Source of the DNA: Candidatus Tayloriibacteriota bacterium
Lineage (GTDB): Bacteria > Patescibacteriota > Minisyncoccia > Phycocordibacterales > UBA6065
Reading direction: 5' to 3'
DNA length: 64,000 nt
Assembly (NCBI GenBank): GCA_016215405.1
Contig: JACRJQ010000005.1
Location: forward strand, 11,560-75,559
The translations under genes and the position numbers were made by a program. Below, one piece after another: positions 55,402 through 63,973 of this stretch (within the stretch, counting starts at the first letter, position 1; each line of letters opens with the position of its first letter). Under the pieces are notes generated by a model, which was not told where the DNA came from, did not search any database, and worked only from the letters and a program-made list of their open reading frames with translations.

Positions 55402-55898
55402 AAAAAATAACGAAGCTCTCGGCCTTTATATTCGTCCTCGCGGCGATCCTTCTGCCTCAGGCGAGAGAGGCATATGCCCAACCTGCCCAATCGGTGGGAA
55501 GCGATAACCCGGCGAACGTAGACGCCGACCCGAACCGGGCCGACGGAACGAAATTCCAGCTCGTGACCTGTACAGGCGTCGTCGACCCTCGTACGGGGAA
55601 GGGGGTCGAATGCGACTATAACCAGCTCATATCTACCGCGTATCGCGTCATCAAGTTCGTGCTCTACATGCTCATTCCGATACTCCTCGGCATGGTGCTC
55701 TTTACGGGCTGGAAATTCCTCACCGCCGGAGGCGACACCATGAAGCTCGAGAGCGCCAAGAAGATGCTCAAGCCCGTGTTCGTCGGTCTCGTGCTCATCT
55801 TCGGCGCTTGGCTTTTCGTATACACCGTTCTCGACAAGCTCCTCGCTCCGTCGATAGGCGAGATACAGAAGTCGAGCATAGTGCCACAAACAAAATAA
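55398..55898 (+). CDS. TrbC/VirB2-like pilin-type protein (paralog 2)
   Basis: Signal peptide, two TM helices, KKMLKPVFVGLVLIFGAW. Confidence 0.55.
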   Translation: MKKITKLSAFIFVLAAILLPQAREAYAQPAQSVGSDNPANVDADPNRADGTKFQLVTCTGVVDPRTGKGVECDYNQLISTAYRVIKFVLYMLIPILLGMVLFTGWKFLTAGGDTMKLESAKKMLKPVFVGLVLIFGAWLFVYTVLDKLLAPSIGEIQKSSIVPQTK

Positions 55899-55899
55899 T

Positions 55900-56337
55900 A
55901 TGAAAAAAACAATCCTTTCAGTGCTGGCCGCCGCGATCGTAGCGATACCTTCGTACGGCATAGTCGAGTTCGGATACGCCCAAGCCGACAAGCCCGTCAC
56001 CACCACGACCGACAAGCCGGTGACGACCGTGCCGGACAAGACCGTGACGACGGCCCCTTCGCCCGTCATGTCGACCTTGCCCAATCCCCTCAAGGTCAAG
56101 AGCATCTCCGAGCTCTTCTACGACATCGTCGATTTCGTCATAAGCCTCTCGTACGTCGTCATCGCGTTCTTCTTCCTCCTCTCGGGCTTTAAGTTCGTCA
56201 CGGCGCAAGGAAGCGACGACAAGCTCGGCGAGGCAAAGAAGATGTTCTTCAATACGGTGATCGGGGCGCTCATCATCGTCGGCGCCAATACGATAGTCGC
56301 CGTCGTGAGGAGCATCATAGAGAATCTCCAAAAATAA
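55900..56337 (+). CDS. TrbC/VirB2-like pilin-type protein (paralog 3)
   Basis: Signal peptide, TTTDKPVTT repeats, two TM helices. Confidence 0.55.
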   Translation: MKKTILSVLAAAIVAIPSYGIVEFGYAQADKPVTTTTDKPVTTVPDKTVTTAPSPVMSTLPNPLKVKSISELFYDIVDFVISLSYVVIAFFFLLSGFKFVTAQGSDDKLGEAKKMFFNTVIGALIIVGANTIVAVVRSIIENLQK

Positions 56338-56747
56338 TGAAAAAGATACTGATAGCGGGAATGATCGCGGTCGTAGCCCTGATGGGCCCACTGTCGTTCG
56401 CGCACGCCCAGACCCAGAGCGGCGGTACGTGCGAGAGCCTAAAGACGAACGGCCTCGGCGGCGTCGTGAACTGCGTCATCCTCCTCTTAGACTACGCGGC
56501 GATCGCCATCCTCGCCCTTTCGGTCCTCTATACGATGTGGGGCGCCTTCCTCATGGCCTCGAGCGAAGAGAAGAGGCAGCAGGGAAAGGACATCGTCATA
56601 TTCGGCATAATCGGGATATTCGTGATGACTTCGATATGGGGCCTCGTCAACATATTGCAGAGCACCTTCGGGCTCGAGGGTGGCCCTATAACGCCCACGA
56701 AGATCGACAGGACTCCGGTGAATATCCAGAACCCGTTGAGGTCCTAG
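56337..56747 (+). CDS. TrbC/VirB2-like pilin-type protein (paralog 4)
   Basis: Signal peptide; VLYTMWGAFLMASSEEKRQQGKDIVIFGIIGIFVMTSIWGLVNILQSTF. Confidence 0.6.
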   Translation: MKKILIAGMIAVVALMGPLSFAHAQTQSGGTCESLKTNGLGGVVNCVILLLDYAAIAILALSVLYTMWGAFLMASSEEKRQQGKDIVIFGIIGIFVMTSIWGLVNILQSTFGLEGGPITPTKIDRTPVNIQNPLRS

Positions 56748-56847
56748 CCATCGGGATATCCCCATAACGGGGCACAAAGCGGTTTTTCCCTGGTATAATC
56801 AAGGGGCAAAAGCTTTTTTGCAGCATTATAAGGATTTATCACAGCAT

Positions 56848-57213
56848 ATGAAAAAATTCGGCATTGTAGCGTCGGTTCTCGCGTTCCCATACCTCGCTTT
56901 CGCTCAGGTATCCGGCAACGTATCGAACCTCGACGGTATATTCCGCTTTATAAAGAGGCTTCTCGACACGGTACTTCCGCTCATCATAGCGCTTACCGTC
57001 GTCTGGTTCGTCTGGGGACTCTTCCGCATGTTCACCGCCTCCGACGAGGAGAAGAAGGAAAAGGCGAAGTCGACCATCATCTACGGTGTCATCGCTCTCT
57101 TCGTGATGATCTCGATCTGGGGACTCGTCAACATCCTCTATAACACGTTCCAGCTCGACTCGACGAACCGCTCGAACCAGGTCCAGCAGCAGCTTCCTAA
57201 CCTTCCGAGCTAA
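56848..57213 (+). CDS. TrbC/VirB2-like pilin-type protein (paralog 5)
   Basis: VVWFVWGLFRMFTASDEEKKEKAKSTIIYGVIALFVMISIWGLVNILYNTF. Confidence 0.6.
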   Translation: MKKFGIVASVLAFPYLAFAQVSGNVSNLDGIFRFIKRLLDTVLPLIIALTVVWFVWGLFRMFTASDEEKKEKAKSTIIYGVIALFVMISIWGLVNILYNTFQLDSTNRSNQVQQQLPNLPS

Positions 57214-57231
57214 GCGATAGCTCAAGGTATT

Positions 57232-57573
57232 ATGAACAGCTTTAAAGCGCTTCTCGTACCGCTTCTTTCGCTCGCGACCCTGGTCGCCGGCCTAAGCGGA
57301 CCGCTCGCTCTCGAGGCAGCCCCCGTGAACGCTTTGGAGCTTCGGCCTGTGCAAAAGCTTTTCGATCTCGTCATCAACCCTGTCGTAAGGCTCCTCTTCG
57401 CCGCAGCGGTGTTCTACTTCGTCTACGGCATCTGGAGCTACGTAAGGAAATCCGACGATCCGTCGGAGAGGGCGCAGGGGGGTAAGCACATCCTCTACTC
57501 GACCATAGGCCTCTTCATCATGATCTCCGTCTGGGGCATCATCGCGGTGATACAGAGGACGGTCGGACAATAG
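57232..57573 (+). CDS. TrbC/VirB2-like pilin-type protein (paralog 6)
   Basis: VFYFVYGIWSYVRKSDDPSERAQGGKHILYSTIGLFIMISVWGIIAVIQ; followed by terminator GACCGCCG-CATC-CGGCGGTC+TTTCGTTTT (57585-57617). Confidence 0.55.
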   Translation: MNSFKALLVPLLSLATLVAGLSGPLALEAAPVNALELRPVQKLFDLVINPVVRLLFAAAVFYFVYGIWSYVRKSDDPSERAQGGKHILYSTIGLFIMISVWGIIAVIQRTVGQ

Positions 57574-57691
57574 GTTCGAGAGCGAAGACCGCCGCATCCG
57601 CGGCGGTCTTTCGTTTTAGGAGATGGGGGATAAAAAAGGGACCCTTCGAGCTTGCGCTCTAGGGTCCCTCGCAGTCGCGGGCTTGGGGCTA

Positions 57692-58108
57692 TTAGGCCTT
57701 CGGCGCGCGAGTGATGATCTTGAGCCAGACAGAGTCTGACTTAAATCTCACTTCCTTCCAGTTCGGCGGCAACTGGATGCCGTCGGGATACCTCGCGGTC
57801 TCCCGATACTCCTCCTTGGAGAGAGGGTGGACGAGGGTGAGCTCGGCGACCAGGTCAGGGGGGCCCGACACGGTCACGATCTCTTCCTCGCTCCTCACGA
57901 TCGCTCGGGATGATTTCCCGGGCGCCGCCCATGTCTCGCGCTCTACGAGGCGAGACGCGGCTGGAGCCTTGTTCCCAGGCCCTTCTGTCTTCATCTTCGA
58001 TCTGACGACGGACGTGACTCCGTATCCGATCCAAGCGAGGAAGCAGATGGTGAGAAGCGCCACTCCCGGTCCATGCAGAGCAGTCCTTTTTTTCGCTGTC
58101 GCGCTCAT
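57692..58108 (-). CDS. Hypothetical membrane-anchored protein
   Basis: 138 aa, one N-terminal TM; 4-nt overlap with upstream gene. Confidence 0.4.
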   Translation of the reverse strand: MSATAKKRTALHGPGVALLTICFLAWIGYGVTSVVRSKMKTEGPGNKAPAASRLVERETWAAPGKSSRAIVRSEEEIVTVSGPPDLVAELTLVHPLSKEEYRETARYPDGIQLPPNWKEVRFKSDSVWLKIITRAPKA

Positions 58109-59583
58109 GGCCGACCTCCTTGTTGCTGACGGTTTTGGTTCCGGTTCCGGTTTTGGTTATGGCGGTTTTTGTTCTTGCCGCCACCGCCGCCACCGCCTGA
58201 TCCGGGGAGCTTGATTCCTGCCTTTTGGGCCGCCGCGACGAGAAGTCCGATGACCTCGTCCGCTTTGCCCTTGCTATCGATCGTGACGATAAGCTCGTCG
58301 CGGCTGATGTCGCCTTCCTGCGCCTGCACGGCTCGGAGCGCCTCTTTGGCGTCGAGACCGTGTTGACCGAGAAGGGTGATCAGATTTTTCGCCCGCTGAG
58401 CTTGCCGCCGCATATCCATATCCTGCGCTTTCGACTTGCCGATCTCGATCTTCAGGGCCTCGCGGGCCTCGATGATCGCTTTGTTCGTCGGCATCACCTC
58501 TTCGGTGATGACGGCGAGCACGTCGGCGCCGGATTCGGGACCATAGGTATTGTCGATAGCTTCGGAGATGTCGTGAGGTATTTCGCTCCCGGCGTCTTCC
58601 GCGTTACCGGCGATTACTATGATGTCCTTGTTCGGAATCGTCTTTTCGCGCATGTCGACCGCGATGTAATCCATGAACGGCAGGCACCAGTGATAGCCCT
58701 CGTCGGCGACGGCGTTCGAGACGCCGAGGCTTTCGATGCGTCGACCGAGGATCGTGAGGACACCCGCGTGTCCCGTATCGATCTTTTGCCAGCCGATCAT
58801 CGCGATCGCCGTCATCGTTGCCATAAGTGTGATCGTGGGAAAGACTCCCCAATCGGTCACCGCTGGCACCGCGAGGACGAACACGAGGACGAACGCGAGG
58901 CACGCGATAAACGACATCCAGGGCTGGATGGCTGGCTTCACAGCCGCCATCTGGCCTCCGGCGTCATTTTTCGCGAACGCTTCGTGGATGCACTTCCCGA
59001 TTTTCGTCTTTTGGGCGATGAGGGGATCCATCTCAACCCGTGAAGCGATCGCTCGCGTCAGGGAGGTTGAGTAGGCCACGATGGTCCGTTCGATCTGCTC
59101 GATCCCGCCAAAGCTCAGTGCTTTGAAAGGGTCTTTGATCCGATAGCGGATAGTCTGGTCGATCCGGACCTCGGCAGAGCCGGGGTCCTGGTCTTCCAGA
59201 TCCATCTCGCTCTCGTCCGTTTCTGGAGGTTGAGGCGGAGGCGTGGTCGATCCAAGCCCCATGTTTTCGAGCTCCTGGTTCGTTACCAGGGTCTTCGCTT
59301 GCGGAGGCGTCGAGGCAGGGGCTTGCGCTCCCGCCGCAGGCGCCGTCGAGGTCGCTGCAGGCTGTCCTGCGGCGGCCACTGTCGGTTGAGTTCCGGCCGA
59401 GGGTTCGGTCGGGGCTTGAGGGTTAGAGGGCATGTTCGGGATGTTGAGGTTCTGGGTCAGTGGTTTTTCAGTTCGAGGAGAGGCGGCCGGATGGGCTGCC
59501 TCGGTCCCGCTTTTCTCCGTGGTGATACCCACAGAGGAGAGCGGAGGAAAGCCACGTCGCCGCGGCTCGTTCGGTTGTGTCAT
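58105..59583 (-). CDS. SPFH/band-7-like membrane protein with low-complexity N-terminus and poly-Gly/Asn-Arg tail
   Basis: SPFH-like segments (EVRIDQTIRYRIKDPFKALSF...; IDTGHAGVLTILGRRIESLGVSNAVADEGYHWCLPFMDYIAV), TM, C-terminal GSGGGGGGGKNKNRHNQNRNRNQNR. Confidence 0.45.
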   Translation of the reverse strand: MTQPNEPRRRGFPPLSSVGITTEKSGTEAAHPAASPRTEKPLTQNLNIPNMPSNPQAPTEPSAGTQPTVAAAGQPAATSTAPAAGAQAPASTPPQAKTLVTNQELENMGLGSTTPPPQPPETDESEMDLEDQDPGSAEVRIDQTIRYRIKDPFKALSFGGIEQIERTIVAYSTSLTRAIASRVEMDPLIAQKTKIGKCIHEAFAKNDAGGQMAAVKPAIQPWMSFIACLAFVLVFVLAVPAVTDWGVFPTITLMATMTAIAMIGWQKIDTGHAGVLTILGRRIESLGVSNAVADEGYHWCLPFMDYIAVDMREKTIPNKDIIVIAGNAEDAGSEIPHDISEAIDNTYGPESGADVLAVITEEVMPTNKAIIEAREALKIEIGKSKAQDMDMRRQAQRAKNLITLLGQHGLDAKEALRAVQAQEGDISRDELIVTIDSKGKADEVIGLLVAAAQKAGIKLPGSGGGGGGGKNKNRHNQNRNRNQNRQQQGGRP

Positions 59584-59812
59584 AGAGGTAAGGGCGCGAA
59601 GGCCCGTTTAAGGTTGTGACTACGGTTGAATTTCCTCGAACTTAGGCCAGGGGCCCAGTCCTTTAGAAAGTGAGTTTTCAAGGAGCAGGGGAGAGCCGAG
59701 GCTCTACCATGTTCCGCTGTTAATTATACACCCTAATATACAAAAAGTCAAGTGTGTGTTCTTGTGCAGGCAGGGCTTCGTTGAGCCGTATTCGCGAAAA
59801 AGCCGCCCCTTC

Positions 59813-60163
59813 CTAGCGGAGGGAGGCGGCAGAGGCTTTCGAAAGGAGATCCTTGAGCGTTTCAAGGGAGAGGGGCTTTTGCAGGAATACGTGCGCCTCG
59901 TGGGGTCGAGTGATAGGCCTCGGCGATATGAGACAGCAATACGTCCGGGGGAAGTCGCGCCTTATCGACGAGACGAGAGTGAGGCCGTCTATATCGGGGA
60001 GGTGAGTCTCGGCTATAAGGAGAGGGAACCTGTATTCCGAGAGCAGGACCATCCCCTCAGAAGCGGTCCGTGCGAGCGCGAGGGAGCAGCTGAGCTGCGA
60101 AGCGAGCGCTTTTATGGCGCGTGAGGACGGCTCGTCGCCGTCGATTAAAAGAGCGGTTTTCAT
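59813..60163 (-). CDS. Stand-alone response-regulator receiver (REC) domain protein
   Basis: ALLIDGDE...LIAETHLPDIDGLTL...LQKPL; 116 aa, no output domain. Confidence 0.7.
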   Translation of the reverse strand: MKTALLIDGDEPSSRAIKALASQLSCSLALARTASEGMVLLSEYRFPLLIAETHLPDIDGLTLVSSIRRDFPRTYCCLISPRPITRPHEAHVFLQKPLSLETLKDLLSKASAASLR

Positions 60164-60247
60164 CGAAAATATCTTATCATGACGAGATAAAGAAAATATA
60201 AAAAGCCGCGGACCTTGAGGGTCCGCGGCGCGGCTATAGCCTGTAGA

Positions 60248-60622
60248 TCAAGCTGCCAGGCGGCGCTCGGCTTCCCGGAGGAGCTTTACGAGCCGCGACG
60301 GTTCGCTCGCCTTCGGCAGGAATTCATCGGCTCCGTGGCCCGGGAAGTGCTTTTCGAGCATATCCCCATGGACCGTGGTGGAGAAGATGATGAAGGCCTT
60401 GGGGTTCGCCGCGCGGATAGCGGGGAAGAGCGAGGGCCCTTTTCCGTCCGGCAGGTTCCCGTCGGAGATCACGAGGTCGGGCGCGTAGCCTTCGGCTAAG
60501 GCGAGCTCGGCGCTTTTGACGGTGTGGGCGACTCTGATCTCGGGCGATTGGAGCGTCCCTTGGCAGAACTGGACGAGCATGTCGGCGAGCTCTACGAGGT
60601 CTTCGACGATCAGTATTTTCAT
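60248..60622 (-). CDS. Stand-alone response-regulator receiver (REC) domain protein
   Basis: MKILIVEDLVELADML...DLVISDGNLPDGKG...FLPKA; 124 aa. Confidence 0.8.
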   Translation of the reverse strand: MKILIVEDLVELADMLVQFCQGTLQSPEIRVAHTVKSAELALAEGYAPDLVISDGNLPDGKGPSLFPAIRAANPKAFIIFSTTVHGDMLEKHFPGHGADEFLPKASEPSRLVKLLREAERRLAA

Positions 60623-60721
60623 GAGTGGTGGCGTGGTGGGTTGATGTGCGAGAGTCGGGAAGAACCGGCTCCGTTTTGGAAAATATCATTTTTGAGCGAG
60701 TTCGTCAATATGTGGCGGGAC

Positions 60722-60926
60722 GGAGCTCCCGCCCAAAACGAAAACAGCTCGTCGCTGTTTTGTTTGTGGGCGAGGGGGGGACTTGAATCTTACAGATTCG
60801 GTACAGGTTTTCTGTTTCCTCGGTTGGAAACCCTCGTAAACATAGAAAACCTTTTCGCGTCCCCCATGCAGAGCCACAGGCTCTGCTCTCGCCCAAAACG
60901 AAAACAGCTCATCGCTGTTTTGTTTG
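60722..60926 (-). repeat. tRNA-trailing element (Leu-UAG copy) incl. ~55-nt direct repeat of tRNA-Leu 3' end plus its terminator
   Basis: CGCCCAAAACGAAAACAGCTC(G/A)TCGCTGTTTTGTTTGTGGGCGAGGGGGG at 60722-60777 and 60889-60940 (167-bp period); hairpins AACAGC-GATGA-GCTGTT and GCAGAGCC-TGT-GGCTCTGC. Confidence 0.75.
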
Positions 60927-61007
60927 TGGGCGAGGGGGGACTTGAACCCCCATGCCTTGCGGCGCTAGCTCCTAAGGCTAGTGTGTCTGCCATTTCACCA
61001 CCCGCCC
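60927..61007 (-). tRNA. tRNA-Leu (UAG), type II
   Basis: GGGCGGGTGGTGAAATGGCAGACAC..anticodon arm CTAGC-CTTAGGA-GCTAG..variable arm..GGGGGTTCAAGTCCCCC..CTCGCCC-A. Confidence 0.85.
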
Positions 61008-61094
61008 GACGTAGAGAGCTTAGCATAAACTACGGCGGAGGGAATCTCGGCGTACAGCCGAAGCCTGATCGGCGCGAGCGCGCAGCTCGATTGA

Positions 61095-61303
61095 ATCTCG
61101 ATCCCTACACATACGTCCAGCGGACATGCGCGTAGGGATATCTCTCTCGATTTAAATTTTCTCGTCAGAAAATTTAGTCTGGGTACCGCCTCGCTCCCGC
61201 CGGAGACCGGCAGGCCCCGTTTCGGCGTTCGATCCCTACACGCAAGCCTAACAGGCTTGCTAGGGCGGGCACGAAAAAACGGCCGGAGCCGTTTTTTCTC
61301 GTG
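61095..61303 (-). repeat. tRNA-trailing element (Lys copy) with direct and inverted partial copies of tRNA-Lys T-arm/3' end
   Basis: Minus-sense: terminator AAAAAACGGCTCCGGCCGTTTTTT, hairpin GCAAGCC-TGTT-AGGCTTGC, T-arm-like GTGTAGGGATCGAACGCC, GGTACCCAGAC, hairpin AAATTTTCT-GACG-AGAAAATTT, partial copies ATCCCTAC (61127-61140, 61098-61110). Confidence 0.6.
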
Positions 61304-61376
61304 TCCGCCCTGTAGGGATCGAACCTACGACCTTATCCTTAAGAGGGATCTGCTCTACCAACTGAGCTAAGGGCGG
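61304..61376 (-). tRNA. tRNA-Lys (CUU)
   Basis: CCGCCCTTAGCTCAGTTGGTAGAGC..anticodon loop CTCTTAA..GTAGGTTCGATCCCTAC..AGGGCGG-A (C1-G72 pair). Confidence 0.8.
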
Positions 61377-61538
61377 ATATATTCCGATGCTTGAGAAATT
61401 TACCAGAAAACGGCGAAATTGGCAATTTTTCAGGATGAGCCTTTGTATTCAAAGGCGAGAAGTGGGGTCGGGAGAACATCTGTTCTCCCGTGGAGGAAGG
61501 CAGGCGAAGCCGTCGGAAAACCAGGGGTTTCAGAGATG

Positions 61539-61620
61539 TGCCTGGGGTGGGCATCGAACCCACATCTCTTTCGAGACACGATTTTAAGTCGTGCGCGTAT
61601 ACCAATTCCGCCACCCAGGC
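61539..61620 (-). tRNA. tRNA-Leu (UAA), type II
   Basis: GCCTGGGTGGCGGAATTGGTATACGC..anticodon arm CACGA-CTTAAAA-TCGTG..variable arm TCTCGAAAGAGAT..GTGGGTTCGATGCCCAC..CCCAGGC-A. Confidence 0.85.
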
Positions 61621-61633
61621 GAATCTTACCGAG

Positions 61634-61705
61634 AGGCCACGGGGAGAATCGAACTCCCGCATAGAGATTTTGCAGATCTCCGAATTACCACTTTTCTACG
61701 TGGCC
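61634..61705 (-). tRNA. tRNA-Cys (GCA)
   Basis: GGCCACGTAGAAAAGTGGTAATTC..anticodon arm GAGAT-CTGCAAA-ATCTC..GGGAGTTCGATTCTCCC..CGTGGCC-T. Confidence 0.8.
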
Positions 61706-61786
61706 GTAGATCGACGAGATTCAGTATATCCGACTTTTAAAAATAATCGAGGAGCGCGGGAGGTCTGCTGCGACGGTCGCAAAAGG

Positions 61787-62110
61787 CTATCTCGACATGG
61801 CCGCGTCGATCTTCTGGCGGGCTTTCTCGCCGCGGTCTATCTCGAAGTCGAAGAAGGGGATCCTCATGAGCCGGGCGTTATATTTCACGTGGGCTCTGAA
61901 ATCGGAGCGCTTCCTCTTTATGAAGTCGAGGGCGGCCTCTTCCTGGTCTTCAGGCAGGACGGTGAAGTACACGGTCGCCAGGTTCCCTTTGTCGTTCGAG
62001 GAGACGCGCGTGACAGTTATCATCGATTTTCGGTTCGACTCCTTGGACAGATATTCCGCGGCGAGATGTTTCAGTATCTCCTCGAATCTTTCTTTTTTGT
62101 GCGTGGACAT
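61787..62110 (-). CDS. rbfA: Ribosome-binding factor A
   Basis: 107 aa KH-like RbfA; operon position downstream of infB. Confidence 0.85.
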   Translation of the reverse strand: MSTHKKERFEEILKHLAAEYLSKESNRKSMITVTRVSSNDKGNLATVYFTVLPEDQEEAALDFIKRKRSDFRAHVKYNARLMRIPFFDFEIDRGEKARQKIDAAMSR

Positions 62111-62114
62111 GGTT

Positions 62115-63644
62115 TTATTTCTCGACTACCGTAAAGTCTTCGATGACGTCTCCTGGGGCGAGCTCTATCTTCGCCTCGATCATGGCGCCGAACTCGAATC
62201 CTTCGGCGACCGATCCTGTCTTCACCTTGGCCTGCTGGAGCTCGCGGATGAGGCCGTCTCCTATGACGGTCTCGCGCCTGTAGATCTTTACCTTGTGGCC
62301 GATCGCTATCTCGCGGTCGGTCACTTTCCCTCCGATTATCTGCTTGTCCTTGGTGCGGCTGAAGAATTTGAGTATCTTCGCCTTGCCCATGACCTCTTCG
62401 ACCTCTACTTTAGGCGTCCTTTCAGCGACTTTCGCTTCGAGCCATTCCGCGAGCTTGTAGATTATGTCGAACGTCGCGGTCTCGATCCCGAGCCTCTCTA
62501 TCATCGCCGCTGCCTGGCTGTCGATCTTTACGTTAAAGCCCAAGATGACGGCTTCCTTGTTTCCGCCCGCGACCTTCACGTCCGATTCCGTTATATCGCC
62601 GATCGAAGCGAGGATCACTTTTACGGCGACCCTCTCGCTCTTTATCTTCCGGAGCTCGTGCTCTATCGCTTCGACCGAGCCTGTGACGTCAGCCTTTATG
62701 ATGACGGGGATGACCTTCTTCGCCTCTGCCTCGGTCGGCGCCGAGCCTGCAGGAGCCCTTTCCCTGACCAAGGCCTCTTCGACGTATTCTTCGACTCCGC
62801 GCTTGGAATCGAACGTGACGAAGCGCGACCCTATCTGGGGCGCTTTGTTCCAGCCGACGACTCGGACGGGGGAAGAGAAGGACGCCTCGGCGATCTTCTT
62901 GCCGGCGTGATTCTCCAGTATGCGGGTAGGGGAGTAGGCAGATCCCGAGGCGATGAACATGCCGGGGCCGATGGAGCCGTCTTTTATGATGAGCGTGGCC
63001 GAGATGCCTTTCTTTGGATCCCTGTGCGCCTCGATGATCGCGCCCTCCCCGAGCCTCGACGGGTCGCCCTTGAGGTCTCCGATCTCGGCCGTGAGCAGTA
63101 TCATGTCGAGAAGCTCGTCTATGCCCGCGCCTGTCTTCGCCGAAACCGGGACGTAGGATACGCTGCCGCCGTACCCCTCGAGATAGATGCCCGCCTCGGC
63201 TAAAGACACCTTGCATCTCTCGACGTTCGCTGCGGGCTTGTCGATCTTGTTCAAGGCGACGACGAAGGGCACCTTCGCCTTCTCTATCTCGCGATAGGCG
63301 TCGAGTGTCTGAGGCTTTACCCCGTCTTCGGCGGATACGACGAGGACGGCGACGTCGGCGGTGGTCGCGCCGCGCTCGCGCATGCCGGCGAACGCTTCGT
63401 GTCCGGGCGTGTCGATGAAGGTCATCCTCTCGGTCTTTCCGTCTTTCGTCCTTTCGACCTCGTAGGCGGATATCCGCTGGGTGATGCCGCCCGCTTCGCC
63501 GTCGACGATGTTCGTCTTTCGTATGTAGTCGAGGAGCGTGGACTTTCCGTGATCGATGTGCCCAAGGACCGCTACGACAGGTGGGCGCTTCGTGAGAGCG
63601 CCTGAAGTACCGCGTATTGCCTGCTGTTTGTTTTTTCCTGCCAT
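62115..63644 (-). CDS. infB: Translation initiation factor IF-2 (short form lacking N-terminal domains)
   Basis: G-domain VVAVLGHIDHGKSTLLD, DTPGHEAF, NKID; 509 aa. Confidence 0.95.
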   Translation of the reverse strand: MAGKNKQQAIRGTSGALTKRPPVVAVLGHIDHGKSTLLDYIRKTNIVDGEAGGITQRISAYEVERTKDGKTERMTFIDTPGHEAFAGMRERGATTADVAVLVVSAEDGVKPQTLDAYREIEKAKVPFVVALNKIDKPAANVERCKVSLAEAGIYLEGYGGSVSYVPVSAKTGAGIDELLDMILLTAEIGDLKGDPSRLGEGAIIEAHRDPKKGISATLIIKDGSIGPGMFIASGSAYSPTRILENHAGKKIAEASFSSPVRVVGWNKAPQIGSRFVTFDSKRGVEEYVEEALVRERAPAGSAPTEAEAKKVIPVIIKADVTGSVEAIEHELRKIKSERVAVKVILASIGDITESDVKVAGGNKEAVILGFNVKIDSQAAAMIERLGIETATFDIIYKLAEWLEAKVAERTPKVEVEEVMGKAKILKFFSRTKDKQIIGGKVTDREIAIGHKVKIYRRETVIGDGLIRELQQAKVKTGSVAEGFEFGAMIEAKIELAPGDVIEDFTVVEK

Positions 63645-63682
63645 GATATGCGGTCGCTATGTGATGCCGTCATCGAGGTCTA

Positions 63683-63973
63683 TTACGATTTGTGCGAGAG
63701 CTTCGCCTTTGCGAGGGAGATCGCTTTTCGCTCCTCCTCGGTGAGCTCTATCTCGGAGCCGAACTTCGCGAGAGGCTTAGCGAAGACGGAGACGCGCTCG
63801 CGGGTGTAGAGGGATGAGAGCACCGCTCCGTCGCCATCCTCCGATACGATCGCGGTCGCGAAGCTCTGGTTTCCCCCTAATCCGTCGCCCTTGAAGGCGT
63901 TGAAGCGGACGGTCTCGATCGAAGCTGGGGAGCGGCGCAGCCTCTTCTCGACCCCGACGAGGTACTTCTCCAT
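63683..63973 (-). CDS. Hypothetical protein upstream of infB (possibly YlxQ/L7Ae-like; may be N-terminally incomplete at window edge)
   Basis: 96-aa ORF in the nusA-infB operon position; weak AIVSEDGD / ELG-like resemblance to L7Ae family. Confidence 0.35.
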   Translation of the reverse strand: MEKYLVGVEKRLRRSPASIETVRFNAFKGDGLGGNQSFATAIVSEDGDGAVLSSLYTRERVSVFAKPLAKFGSEIELTEEERKAISLAKAKLSHKS

